From the NCBI GenBank assembly GCA_022601435.1, contig JAJACQ010000025.1, positions 10,563 through 74,562 on the forward strand: DNA of 64,000 bases. The letters run 5' to 3'. A program made the translations under genes and the position numbers. Origin of the DNA: Chlamydiia bacterium (lineage in GTDB: Bacteria; Chlamydiota; Chlamydiia; Chlamydiales; 2-12-FULL-49-11). Below are positions 49,893-59,618 of this stretch, one piece after another (the first letter of the stretch is position 1; each line of letters starts with the position of its first letter). The notes under the pieces were generated by a model, which made no database searches, was not told where the DNA came from, and saw nothing but the letters and a program-made list of their open reading frames with translations.

Positions 49893-51122
49893 TTAACCTC
49901 GAGAACGAATTCTTATTTTACGATCTTGTGGAAAAGTTGCGCCTTCAAAGATAAATTCATAACCACCTATAAACGCTATTTCTTTATCTTTTGGTTGATA
50001 ACCAAGTTTTTTTTCCATGAACTCTTCTAATGTTAAACTTTTTTGATCAGTAAATGACGTTTTAAGACTTTTTGAAAGTTCTTCAATCGTAATTGAGACA
50101 GGATAGGCCTTGTTTATATAAATGCGCTCTCTTTCATGTAGCACTTTACTATTTAACAAAATGCCTGAAAAAATCTCATCAATAATAGATGATAAAGATA
50201 AAACACCTGTGACGCCACCATCAGCATCTAAAACTAAAGCTATTTTCTGGTTATTTTTTCTAAATTGATTAATCACTTGGAAAATTGTATTTGTTAAAGT
50301 AACAAACCAAGGAGATCTAGAGACATCTTTTATAGAATCAGAATCCGATAAGTTCAAAAGATCTTGCGCGTAAACAATTCCCACAATATTTTCTTCACTT
50401 TCATGAAATAACAAGACAAATTTAGCATCATATCTACTAATTAATGATCTTACATCACCTACTAGGGCATGATATGAAATAGATGGTACTTTTCGAAGTG
50501 GAATCATCATATCTTCAGGGCTTTTTGTTTTAAGAAGAAAAATATTTTCAATTAGCGGTTCTAAATCTTCTTTCTCACTTTCCTTTGGGCTACCTTCTGA
50601 ATCCTTCATTAAATTTTTAAGCTCATCTCGAGATAATGTCGAATTTAACTTCATTGGTGATTTTAAAAAATAAGAAACAACCTTAGAAATACCATCGATT
50701 AAATAAATCAATGGAGTTAAAAGTTTTGAAAAGAATGAAATAGGCTTAATTGCAAACATTGCAAGATGCTCTGAGTGTGTTCGAGCTGCCAGCATGGGTA
50801 TTAATTCTGCAAATATTAATACAATAGCAACTTGTGGAATATAGGCCCAATCAGGATCAATCTTTAATTCATAAAATAAACGTCTAGAGCACTCTGATCC
50901 TAATTGTAAAAAGAAGTTAACTCCCATTAGCGTTGTACCAAATAAAGTTGTCGGTCTTTCTAAAAAACGCATCAGGGATATAGCGCGTTTCTCTCCTTTT
51001 TCTACAAAATAGGCAAGTCTTACTCTATTGAAAGAAACAAACGCCATCTCAGACATTGTAAAAAAGCCCTGACATAACAAAGAAAGTATTAAAAGAACAA
51101 AAAAGATTAAAGCATCACCCAT
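49893..51122 (-). CDS. CNNM (DUF21)/CBS domain hemolysin-like protein
   Basis: GFFTMSEMAFVS, LIFAELIP, CBS pair. Confidence 0.88.
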   Translation of the reverse strand: MGDALIFFVLLILSLLCQGFFTMSEMAFVSFNRVRLAYFVEKGEKRAISLMRFLERPTTLFGTTLMGVNFFLQLGSECSRRLFYELKIDPDWAYIPQVAIVLIFAELIPMLAARTHSEHLAMFAIKPISFFSKLLTPLIYLIDGISKVVSYFLKSPMKLNSTLSRDELKNLMKDSEGSPKESEKEDLEPLIENIFLLKTKSPEDMMIPLRKVPSISYHALVGDVRSLISRYDAKFVLLFHESEENIVGIVYAQDLLNLSDSDSIKDVSRSPWFVTLTNTIFQVINQFRKNNQKIALVLDADGGVTGVLSLSSIIDEIFSGILLNSKVLHERERIYINKAYPVSITIEELSKSLKTSFTDQKSLTLEEFMEKKLGYQPKDKEIAFIGGYEFIFEGATFPQDRKIRIRSRG

Positions 51123-52368
51123 TAATCCTCCCTGGCCTCAAGTTCTTCACATACACACGCGATACTTTTGTTTCTGTTGCTAAAAGCACATGAAATAAAA
51201 GATGATTTTTCTCTACTTTATAACCACTTGCGGGAATATCTCCTAAAATCTCAAGTAAATAACCACCAACTGTTGTCTCTTGACCTTTTCTCTCTATATC
51301 AATATCAAATAACTGCTCTAAATCTGCTAAATCGTATTTACCAGAGCATATAATTACATCCTCACCTTGTCTGGTGAACAAAGTTTTCTCGTCGCGACTA
51401 TCCTGAATTTGTCCCACAACAATTTCAACTAAATCTTCTCTTGTAATAAGTCCTGCAGTGCCACCATATTCATCTACTAAAATTGCAATATCCTGATTAA
51501 TCTCATCAAAGTGCGCAAGTAAAGTTCTTGTCATCATACTTTCTGGTACAAAAAATGGTTTTTCCATTACCTTTTCAATATCTTTAGGCTCATGAATACG
51601 GTGATTAGCAGAAAAAAAACTAGATGCTTTAATCACGCCCACAACATGATCGATATCTCTATCAATAACAGGCACTTTACTCACTCTTTTTTTAGCGATT
51701 AAATCTCGTAGCTTTTGTGGAGAGTCATTGATGTCATGATAAAAAATATTTTGTCTTGGACATTTGACTTCATTTACCATCACCTCAGAAAGCTTCAAGC
51801 TACCTAGTAATAGTTTAGTTTCTTCTTTTGTCATCAGGCCTGTATCTTTAGAAGCTACAATAGCGTGCTTGATTTCATCTTTTGTCACCTCTTCATCTTT
51901 TTTAAGAAACATAAAAATAAATTTCGATAAAAATTCAGTGCACTTCAAAAATACATAGCGAAAAGGAGTCAAAAGCCAACTTAATAAATATAAGATCGGA
52001 GCAACTTTATAAGAAATTGCTTCATTTTTAGTAGCTGCAATTGTCTTTGGTAAAATCTCTCCAAAAACTAAAGTTAAGGCAAATGGTACAATCACTGTTA
52101 GTACGACACCTGATAATGTTCCAAAAATTGAAGAGATGACATTTTGTACGCCCAAATTTACAGCTACATTCATCATCAAAATAGTCACAAGCAGCGACTT
52201 TGGATTATTTAATAAACGGTAAGCAGCTTTTTTGCCTTTGTGTTCACTTTGTTTAAGGGTGGCTCTTTTAGAAGATGATAGTGAAAATAAAGCTGTTTCT
52301 GAAGTGGAAAAAAAACCACTTAAGAATAATAAAAGAATTAAAACTATGGATAAAAAAGCTATAGACAT
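51115..52368 (-). CDS. CNNM (DUF21)/CBS/CorC domain hemolysin-like protein
   Basis: SGFFSTSETALFSL, VFGEILPKTIA, VDEYGGTAGLITREDLVEIVVG. Confidence 0.92.
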   Translation of the reverse strand: MSIAFLSIVLILLLFLSGFFSTSETALFSLSSSKRATLKQSEHKGKKAAYRLLNNPKSLLVTILMMNVAVNLGVQNVISSIFGTLSGVVLTVIVPFALTLVFGEILPKTIAATKNEAISYKVAPILYLLSWLLTPFRYVFLKCTEFLSKFIFMFLKKDEEVTKDEIKHAIVASKDTGLMTKEETKLLLGSLKLSEVMVNEVKCPRQNIFYHDINDSPQKLRDLIAKKRVSKVPVIDRDIDHVVGVIKASSFFSANHRIHEPKDIEKVMEKPFFVPESMMTRTLLAHFDEINQDIAILVDEYGGTAGLITREDLVEIVVGQIQDSRDEKTLFTRQGEDVIICSGKYDLADLEQLFDIDIERKGQETTVGGYLLEILGDIPASGYKVEKNHLLFHVLLATETKVSRVYVKNLRPGRING

Positions 52369-52372
52369 ATCA

Positions 52373-52687
52373 TCAATCTAGCCTATCAAAAATAACTTTT
52401 TGCTGCCCCTTAGGAGTTAATCCGAGCACTTTAATAAGAATCATTTTAACATAATCAGGATCCTCCCGGCTATGTAATTTTTGCTCTAAATATTCTTTTT
52501 CTTCATAAGCTAATTGTTGGTAATTTTGAAGCAGTTCTATCTTCTCTTGGATCTCTCGAGCAATTTTTTTCTGCGAATTTGCAGCGTAAATAAACCCGCT
52601 GAATGTAAGCGTTATAAATAAAAAAACCCACCATGATTCTTTTATAATATGAGCTAGATCTATATGTCTGGTCTCTTTTCTTAACAA
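52373..52687 (-). CDS. FtsB/DivIC-like single-TM coiled-coil protein (chlamydial CT038-like)
   Basis: TM helix, coiled coil, DPDYVKMILIKVLGLTPKGQ resembles the FtsB/DivIC C-terminal motif. Confidence 0.65.
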   Translation of the reverse strand: MLRKETRHIDLAHIIKESWWVFLFITLTFSGFIYAANSQKKIAREIQEKIELLQNYQQLAYEEKEYLEQKLHSREDPDYVKMILIKVLGLTPKGQQKVIFDRLD

Positions 52688-52801
52688 ATTACAAACATTT
52701 CCTATTAAAACTATTTATCTTATTATCTTCTCTATAATAGAGAATACAATAATAGTAACGGTTTTTCTTCAAACTTTCCACAATTTTTATTAAGTTAATT
52801 G

Positions 52802-53374
52802 CTACTTTGGTTCTAAACTACTGAGTGTAAACCCATGCCCTTTTAGCACCTCGTTTAACTCTTCAATAGATTTATGAAGTCTCTTTTTGTTATCAATGAC
52901 AGCAGCCATTTTTTGAGAAAAAAGATCATCTGATTTAGAAGAAACGCTTTTTACAATCGCCTCTTGCTTTTCTTCAACCTTTACTATCTCATCTTTAACT
53001 TCTTCGATTTCTTTTTGCACAAGCTTTTCTACCTTCTTTTTAGGTTCTTTATTGACTTGGGCTCCGTGAGCCATCACTTTATTCATAAGCATAATTGCCT
53101 GATAAAGATTTAGCTTCTCGTTTTTAACCCCTTCTAAAACATCAAATGCATTATTAATCATTACTTCTAGATTAATTTTTGCATTATCAGCAACTCCCTC
53201 TACCTCATCAATTACATAATACTCCGAGACAATACGAGAGACTTCAGCTGTAGCATCACTGTACTCCATACGCTTGTTTGCAAGCTTGTGCAAAAGATCA
53301 ATTGCTTTATTGATCATCTGCCTTTTTTGCTCTTCTTGACTCGCCGATTTTCTAATCTTTGAAAAAGTGTCCAT
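52802..53374 (-). CDS. Hypothetical coiled-coil protein
   Basis: 190-aa ORF, AAGGAG RBS. Confidence 0.7.
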   Translation of the reverse strand: MDTFSKIRKSASQEEQKRQMINKAIDLLHKLANKRMEYSDATAEVSRIVSEYYVIDEVEGVADNAKINLEVMINNAFDVLEGVKNEKLNLYQAIMLMNKVMAHGAQVNKEPKKKVEKLVQKEIEEVKDEIVKVEEKQEAIVKSVSSKSDDLFSQKMAAVIDNKKRLHKSIEELNEVLKGHGFTLSSLEPK

Positions 53375-53460
53375 AACAACTCCTTTAACATAAAGAGAAC
53401 ATCATAATTCCCTTCTGTAATTCCTTCAATATAAGACATGTTTTTAAAAACACATCTTGT

Positions 53461-53817
53461 TTATACAACAACCCGGCTTTCGTTATCTCCATTGAGATAC
53501 TCACTCATTTTTTCTTCCATGATTTCTAAAGACTCATCGATGTCAATCTCGCCCCCAGACAGCCTGGCTATTAGCCAATTCATTTCATTCATTAACATTT
53601 CATACCTTTCAATCTTATCTTTTCCCTCACTGGACAAAAGCAAAGAAGAAAGAGGCTCATAAACCGCAGGATTTAATCCCACCTCGCAAAAAAAAGTGTG
53701 TATTACTTTTTGAGCATCAATCGGATTAATTTCTAGAGAGTAGACACCCTCTAATAAATCTATTAAAGTTCCCTTAAACAAATTTCCCCCTGGTTTTTTT
53801 AAGCCATATTTTGTCAC
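53461..53817 (-). CDS. Hypothetical protein
   Basis: 118-aa acidic ORF co-oriented with neighbour; GTG start uncertain. Confidence 0.55.
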   Translation of the reverse strand: MTKYGLKKPGGNLFKGTLIDLLEGVYSLEINPIDAQKVIHTFFCEVGLNPAVYEPLSSLLLSSEGKDKIERYEMLMNEMNWLIARLSGGEIDIDESLEIMEEKMSEYLNGDNESRVVV

Positions 53818-53922
53818 ACTAGCATCATAAAACTTACTGGTAAATATTTTTTTTAATTTTTTTCTAGTACATTTATTAACCTTTTCAAAGACAAAAAGTA
53901 ACTAAAAAAATTTATGTTCACC

Positions 53923-53952
53923 TTGACAAGAGATAAAAGAAAATAATACAAT
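53923..53952 (+). promoter_or_regulatory. Putative sigma66/70-type promoter of dnaN-recF
   Basis: TTGACA-18 bp-TACAAT. Confidence 0.6.
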
Positions 53953-53989
53953 ATCCCTCTCAGATCCACCCAAGTTTAAGGACTATTTT

Positions 53990-55087
53990 ATGAAATTTAC
54001 AATCTCTAGGGAGAAGCTTGTTGTACTAATCAGTAAAGTACAAAGTGTTGTGCCATCAAAAGCTGTTGTGCCTATTCTATCAAACATACTTCTTGAGGCA
54101 AAAGATGACACAATTACATTGTTTGCTACTGATTTAACCGTTAGTGTAAAGGTTAGCGTTGATGTGACAATTACTGAAGAAGGTGCAATTACACTTCCTG
54201 CAAAAAGATTCTTCCAACTCATTCGCGAATTAACAGCTCCTGAAATTACACTAGAGACAACAGAAGCAGGAATTGCTCGTATTACTGCAGGCTCTTCACA
54301 TTTTAGACTTCATGGAATGGATAAAGAAGAATACCCTGCATTTCCAAGTGATGATGAAGGAACTTCGTTCACCGTACAAGGTTCTGATTTAAAAGATATG
54401 CTCATGAGAACTTCTTTTGCTGCTGCAAAAGACGATACAAGACAAGTTTTAAATGGCGTGTTTATGGAAATTCGCGGTAATCACATGGTTTTAGTTGGGA
54501 CAGACGGAAAAAGACTTGCAAAAGTTCATAAGACATTAGATCTTCATGAAGCTCTTGATTGCGCAAACATCGTTCCTTTAAAAGCAGTAGATGAGTTAAT
54601 TCGTGTAATTGTAGATGAAGATGATGTAGAACTTTCAATTATGGATGACAAAATTAGCGTGAAGATGGGGAATTTTTGCTTGATTACAAAGTTAATTGCC
54701 GGACAATTTCCAGATTACGAAAGAGTCATTCCAGATCACTCACAACTAAAAGAAATCAAACTTCACAGAGAAGAGTTAATGACTCTTTTAAAGCAAATAT
54801 CATTATTTACATCTGATGTGTCGCATTCTGTAAAACTGACTTTTACAAAAGGTGAATTACGCCTTCAAGCAACAAATAGCGATATTGGGGAAGGGAAAGT
54901 AAACATGCCTGTTGATCACAGAGATGAGGATAAAGAAATTGCTTTCAATCCGCACTACTTCTTAGATGTGCTTAGACATTGTAAGGATGAGACTGTAAAC
55001 TTTTGTATGACAGATTCATTTAACCCAGGGTCTATTACAGACACCTCAGATGCGCACTATGTGATTATGCCAATGCGTCTTGGTTAA
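53990..55087 (+). CDS. dnaN: DNA polymerase III beta clamp
   Basis: PILSNILL, ATDL, GTDGKRLA, GQFPDYERVIP, AFNPHY, VIMPMRL. Confidence 0.97.
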   Translation: MKFTISREKLVVLISKVQSVVPSKAVVPILSNILLEAKDDTITLFATDLTVSVKVSVDVTITEEGAITLPAKRFFQLIRELTAPEITLETTEAGIARITAGSSHFRLHGMDKEEYPAFPSDDEGTSFTVQGSDLKDMLMRTSFAAAKDDTRQVLNGVFMEIRGNHMVLVGTDGKRLAKVHKTLDLHEALDCANIVPLKAVDELIRVIVDEDDVELSIMDDKISVKMGNFCLITKLIAGQFPDYERVIPDHSQLKEIKLHREELMTLLKQISLFTSDVSHSVKLTFTKGELRLQATNSDIGEGKVNMPVDHRDEDKEIAFNPHYFLDVLRHCKDETVNFCMTDSFNPGSITDTSDAHYVIMPMRLG

Positions 55088-55089
55088 AG

Positions 55090-56136
55090 ATGGGTTTAAT
55101 TAAAAAAGTTGCTCTCACCTCTTTCAGAAATTATTCTGAAAAGGAACTTGAGTTCAAGCCGGGAATAAATCTTATTCATGGAGAAAATGGAATTGGTAAG
55201 TCAAATCTATTAGAAGCGTTATTAATCTCAAGTATAGGCCGCTCAACGCGCACAAAAAATTTAAAAGAAGCAATACAGCACGAACAAGGAAGATTTTATA
55301 TAGATATCTTCTATAAAAAAGAAGGTCTCGGGCAAAAAATTCACATAAGTTTTGACGGGAAAGAAAAAGAGATCCTTCACAATAAAACAAAGCATAAAAG
55401 TTTTTCTAGTTTGCTGGGAATTCTTCCGTCTGTGATTTATTCACCAAATGATGTGAATATCATTACAGGAGAGCCGAAATATCGCCGTCGTTTTATGGAT
55501 ATTCATCTTGCACAATCAGATCCCGTCTATATATTTCATCTTTCGCGCTATAACAAGGCGCTAAAGCACAGAAATGCCCTGTTAAAGACAAATGACACAT
55601 TAACAATTGAAGTATGGGAACATCAGCTAGCACAATCTGCAGAAATAATACAAACAAAACGGAAGGAATTTATAAAAGATCTAGAAAAGATTTTTGCAGA
55701 AGAGTTTGCTCATTTTAATCATAAGGATAAGGTACCAAAAGTAATTTATAAGCCTTCCCCGAAAGAAGAGATCACCCCTTCCTCATACAAAGAATCGCGA
55801 GAAAAGGATTATATACTTGGCTTTACAACAATAGGGCCGCACCGCGATGATCTTCTATTTTCATTAGATGAAGAAACAGCAAAGCATTTTTCCAGTGAAG
55901 GGGAAAAACGACTTCTCGTAATTGCTTTAAAGCTCGCTTCCTACCGGATGATGGATGCTCTTATTTTTGCAATGGATGATTATTATTCCTTTTTAGATCT
56001 AGAAAAGCAAGCTCATCTCATCAAGCGTCTCTTTTCACTCCCCCAGGTTTTCCTCACCGCCCCTGCTAACAACTGCTCTACTTACGTAAATGCATTGGAG
56101 CTTTCAGCTGCGGAGCCCTGCTCCGCGCCCTGCTAA
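55090..56136 (+). CDS. recF: DNA replication/repair protein RecF
   Basis: FRNY, GENGIGKSNLLEA, GEPKYRRRFMD, GPHRDDL, SEGEKR. Confidence 0.93.
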   Translation: MGLIKKVALTSFRNYSEKELEFKPGINLIHGENGIGKSNLLEALLISSIGRSTRTKNLKEAIQHEQGRFYIDIFYKKEGLGQKIHISFDGKEKEILHNKTKHKSFSSLLGILPSVIYSPNDVNIITGEPKYRRRFMDIHLAQSDPVYIFHLSRYNKALKHRNALLKTNDTLTIEVWEHQLAQSAEIIQTKRKEFIKDLEKIFAEEFAHFNHKDKVPKVIYKPSPKEEITPSSYKESREKDYILGFTTIGPHRDDLLFSLDEETAKHFSSEGEKRLLVIALKLASYRMMDALIFAMDDYYSFLDLEKQAHLIKRLFSLPQVFLTAPANNCSTYVNALELSAAEPCSAPC

Positions 56137-56394
56137 AAAGACGAAATCCCTTTGGAAACCCAAATATAATTTTTCCAAAAAAACCTTTACTTAATTGTAA
56201 GATTATTAAGAGTTAACAATGAAAAGCCAAAATCAACCCACTTTAGAATTTATGTATAGAATTTAACAATCTATTTTTTATAAATCGACAGAACTCTTCG
56301 TAACATATTGCAAACTAAAACATGAACTATCGTCTTTCAATATTAAAAAAAATTATCATGTAATTATCCAATAGCTAAGATCCAAACCCTAAAT

Positions 56395-56756
56395 TTAACC
56401 AGTATAAAAAGATTCTTGTCTGTCCTGTTCATTCGCATTTGCAAGAAGTCTTGTCATTAAATTTTTAAATTGACCACCACTATCACCCAGCCTTGAACAG
56501 GCAATATTTACTGTATTTCCTTTTGACATATAGCTACCTATATCAATAATGATGTTTTCCTTCTCATTCAGTTCTGCATCCCTGAAATCTTTATTAAATG
56601 CATTAATGTCAAAAGTCATATGATCTCCATAATAACCCAAACATACATTCAAATCTTCTCTTGTCTTCTCAAAGAAATCACACTCATTACTATTTTCAAA
56701 TCGATTGATTTACCTGTATGTTTCTCTTGAAACTAAATATGATTGTCATAAGACAT
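56395..56756 (-). pseudogene. Probable decayed hypothetical gene
   Basis: AGGA-led ATG at 56756, TAG at codon 8, and a 1-nt frameshift near 56700 joins it to ORF 56395..56652. Confidence 0.45.
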
Positions 56757-56769
56757 GTCTTTTCCTATC

Positions 56770-58392
56770 TTAAGCAAACTTGGAGTTTTCATGCCGGTCT
56801 TTCGTAGAGAGGTCTTCTAATTCCTTCATAAAGGCAATTTCAACATCTAAAGATTTGTCAGCTCCAAATTTTTTTGTGATGCGATGTGATTTGTACTCTT
56901 CTACGATTTTGTTCGCGATAAGCTTTCCTAATTGGACGCCTTCTTGGTCGAATGAGTTGATCCCCCAGATAAAACCCTGAAAAGCGGCGATGTTTTCATA
57001 GTATGAAAGCAATGAGCCCATTGCGTAGGCTGAAAGTGTATTTGTTAAAAGCATGCGGCTCGGGCGATTTCCTGGGAAGTATTGGTTTGGATTTTCTGAA
57101 GATTGTCCGCGTGCTAAAGAGATTGCTTGGGCAAATAAGTTAGAAAGAAGTTTTTCTTGGTTAAGAGTACCTTCAATCTCTTGATCGGTATTGTGTTGTG
57201 GATTGAAAAAGCCGATATATTCTAGAGGAACGGTTACTGTTCCCTGATGAATTGCTTGGAAATATGAGTGTTGACCTTCTGTTCCGCAAGTACCAAAAAT
57301 AATTGGGCAAGTGCTAAAGTCGATAAATTTTCCTGAGTCTTGAGAGACGCGCTTTCCATTTGATTCCATATACAGTTGTTGGATGTGCCCTGCCCACAGA
57401 TCTAATGAACTTGAGTAAGGGACGATACAAAGTGTATTTAAATTTAAAAAATTTCGATTCCAGATACCTAGCAAAGCTCCCATTAAAGGCATGTTCTTCT
57501 TTACATCTTTTTCATGCAAGGCATGAGTATCCATATCGCTTGCCCCTTTCAAAAACTCACTCCATACATCAAATCCGCAGATGAACGCAATAGGCACACC
57601 GCCGACCATAGATGAAACTGAATAGCGCCCACCAATAAAATCCCACATGTAAAAAATCTCACGGTATAAAAGAGGATTATCCATTGGACTGCCCTTACCC
57701 GTCACCATAACAAAATGATCTTTTGGATTAAGACCTTTTTCCAGGAATCTATTTTTTAGCATCTGCTCCTGTGCTTTAATTTCCATTGTTCCACCAGATT
57801 TGGAGATCACGGCTACAATTGTTTTTGATAAATCAATTTCCTCTAAAATAGTCGCGATCTTATCTGGATCAACATTCGAAGCAAAATGAAGTGTTCGGTT
57901 TGTTTTATGAAGCCCCTTTAAAGCCTTTGAAATTGCCAAAGCTCCTAAATATGAGCCTCCTATACCACAAACGACCATATGTTTAAATTCTGATGTTTTT
58001 GAAACAAACTCCTCAAGCTTTTTTAGCTCAACTTGAGATTCCTCATAGGCTTCCTTTGCTTCTTTTGACATGTTACTAGAAATTGACTGGGCTCGAATAG
58101 CAGTATGCCCTACCATCCTTTCCTCTGATTTACAGTTGCTTACAAAGTTCATTACCTTCATATCTTGCATGTCTTTCATCTTTAAAAAGACTCTTGCTTC
58201 CTCAGAAAGCTTTATTAAGTTTTCAAGCACCTCATTATCAATACGCTCCGTTCCATAAAGCATTTTCCATCCACAAATCTCTAATTTCATCTCATGGATA
58301 CGCTCAGAACTTAAGAATCCTTCTTTCGTTAAATCGACAGGATTTTTCGCAAGTTCCTGTAACTTAATAAATGACTTATACTCTCTAAACAT
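56770..58392 (-). CDS. pgi: Glucose-6-phosphate isomerase
   Basis: GIGGSYLG, SKSGGT, IGGRYSVSS, QQLYMESNGK, GTEGQHSYFQ, INSFDQEGVQLGK. Confidence 0.97.
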   Translation of the reverse strand: MFREYKSFIKLQELAKNPVDLTKEGFLSSERIHEMKLEICGWKMLYGTERIDNEVLENLIKLSEEARVFLKMKDMQDMKVMNFVSNCKSEERMVGHTAIRAQSISSNMSKEAKEAYEESQVELKKLEEFVSKTSEFKHMVVCGIGGSYLGALAISKALKGLHKTNRTLHFASNVDPDKIATILEEIDLSKTIVAVISKSGGTMEIKAQEQMLKNRFLEKGLNPKDHFVMVTGKGSPMDNPLLYREIFYMWDFIGGRYSVSSMVGGVPIAFICGFDVWSEFLKGASDMDTHALHEKDVKKNMPLMGALLGIWNRNFLNLNTLCIVPYSSSLDLWAGHIQQLYMESNGKRVSQDSGKFIDFSTCPIIFGTCGTEGQHSYFQAIHQGTVTVPLEYIGFFNPQHNTDQEIEGTLNQEKLLSNLFAQAISLARGQSSENPNQYFPGNRPSRMLLTNTLSAYAMGSLLSYYENIAAFQGFIWGINSFDQEGVQLGKLIANKIVEEYKSHRITKKFGADKSLDVEIAFMKELEDLSTKDRHENSKFA

Positions 58393-58453
58393 AAAAAACC
58401 CCTCAATCTCTTACCTCTATTTATGACATAAAACAAAAGGAGAAATCAAGGGG
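58393..58453 (-). promoter_or_regulatory. Long G-U-rich hairpin enclosing the pgi Shine-Dalgarno, followed by U6 and AUG
   Basis: On the minus strand CCCCUUGAUUUCU pairs 13/13 (3 G-U) with AGAGAUUGAGGGG. Confidence 0.6.
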
Positions 58454-58491
58454 TATCTAAAAAAAAAACCGGTCTTATTGTTACAGGAGCT

Positions 58492-59520
58492 TTAAATATC
58501 CATACTAAGAGCGCTCAATTGATTGAGTATCTTAGCTGAGAACTCACGAATGATACCTTCATGTTCATCTAAATCTGCTTTTTTAAGACGGCTGTCAAGA
58601 TCATTAAAAGAATTTATATGTTCTTCTTCTGTCAATAAATGCAACAATACTTCAGTTATTGCCTTCATCTTTTTAGCTAACGGAGTTTCGGTAAAATCGA
58701 AATGGAGAGGAAGAAGTGAGAAAGCCATATAGTTAGCTTCTACCGAATTAGATATAAGTCGTACTTTTTGCCAAGATGCCATATTCTGATCAGATCGATC
58801 TAAAAGAGTCTCACTTATCAATTCAAATAGGAAGTCAGCAAAATCTTCACTCTTTTGGGTATCAAGCATATACACTTTTATTTTCTTCGATAAAGTATCT
58901 CTTAACTTTTTTTCACTGTCTGTTAACTCAGTTTCTGCAAGTAACTCTGCTTTACTAGACGCTGAAGATAAACCAAGAAGACTGTTAGAATGAACCTCTC
59001 CGTCGTCTTCAGAATCACTCTTAGAAGCTGTTTCGTTTTTAGAGCTAATACTGTTAGAATGAACCTCTCCGCCATCTTCAGAATCACTCATAGAAGCAGT
59101 ATCGTTTTTAGAGCTAATTTTGTTTGGAGGGGTGTTGACCATGTAGTTATATTGACTTCTATGAGCCTCTCTAACAGCTAACAAAATTAATGTAACTGGA
59201 AAAAATATAATCAGAGCTATTAGCTTAAACACAACAAAAGCAACTTTCCCAGCAGTGGCACGTTCAGAACCTGGGCCCTCTGGTTCAATACTATATTGTT
59301 CTAATTCTTGATCATATTCAATTGATCTTGCATTTGTAATAAAAGGGTTTGCTAATAAAAATTCAATCACAGTCCTAGTATCGGCACATGGCATTGAATT
59401 ATTATAGATGTGGGATAAACGATCATTCGACCCTAAAACAAAACCTTGCTCCGCAACTATATTTATATCAATTTGATTTCCACCAGCAGAAGTCACACTA
59501 TTCATAAAAAATCCTAACAT
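58492..59520 (-). CDS. Putative inclusion-membrane/secreted protein, DUF648-like N-terminal domain
   Basis: FKLIALIIFFPVTLILLAVREAHRSQYNY hydrophobic hairpin; Ser/acidic linker; start may be the second Met (MNSVTS). Confidence 0.65.
   Translation of the reverse strand: MLGFFMNSVTSAGGNQIDINIVAEQGFVLGSNDRLSHIYNNSMPCADTRTVIEFLLANPFITNARSIEYDQELEQYSIEPEGPGSERATAGKVAFVVFKLIALIIFFPVTLILLAVREAHRSQYNYMVNTPPNKISSKNDTASMSDSEDGGEVHSNSISSKNETASKSDSEDDGEVHSNSLLGLSSASSKAELLAETELTDSEKKLRDTLSKKIKVYMLDTQKSEDFADFLFELISETLLDRSDQNMASWQKVRLISNSVEANYMAFSLLPLHFDFTETPLAKKMKAITEVLLHLLTEEEHINSFNDLDSRLKKADLDEHEGIIREFSAKILNQLSALSMDI
58981..59118 (-). repeat. 69-bp in-frame tandem repeat, 2 copies
   Basis: ISSKNDTASMSDSEDGGEVHSNS / ISSKNETASKSDSEDDGEVHSNS. 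Confidence 0.9.
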
Positions 59521-59618
59521 ATAATTTATTAATTGCCTATATTTTAACTAATTAAAGTTACCTAAGCAACCAAAAAAAGTTTTTATATAAATTAAAATTT
59601 TAATAAGACAACTTTGGC

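Noticed and set aside
53818-53989. Replication origin upstream of dnaN
   Set aside because: No dnaA and no DnaA-box cluster seen; the one perfect TTATCCACA I noticed (35213-35221) is isolated inside the CHRD gene
3895-56756. Stop-codon reassignment suggested by in-frame stops in three remnants
   Set aside because: The interrupting stops differ (TAG, TAA), and conserved genes end normally at TAA, TAG and TGA
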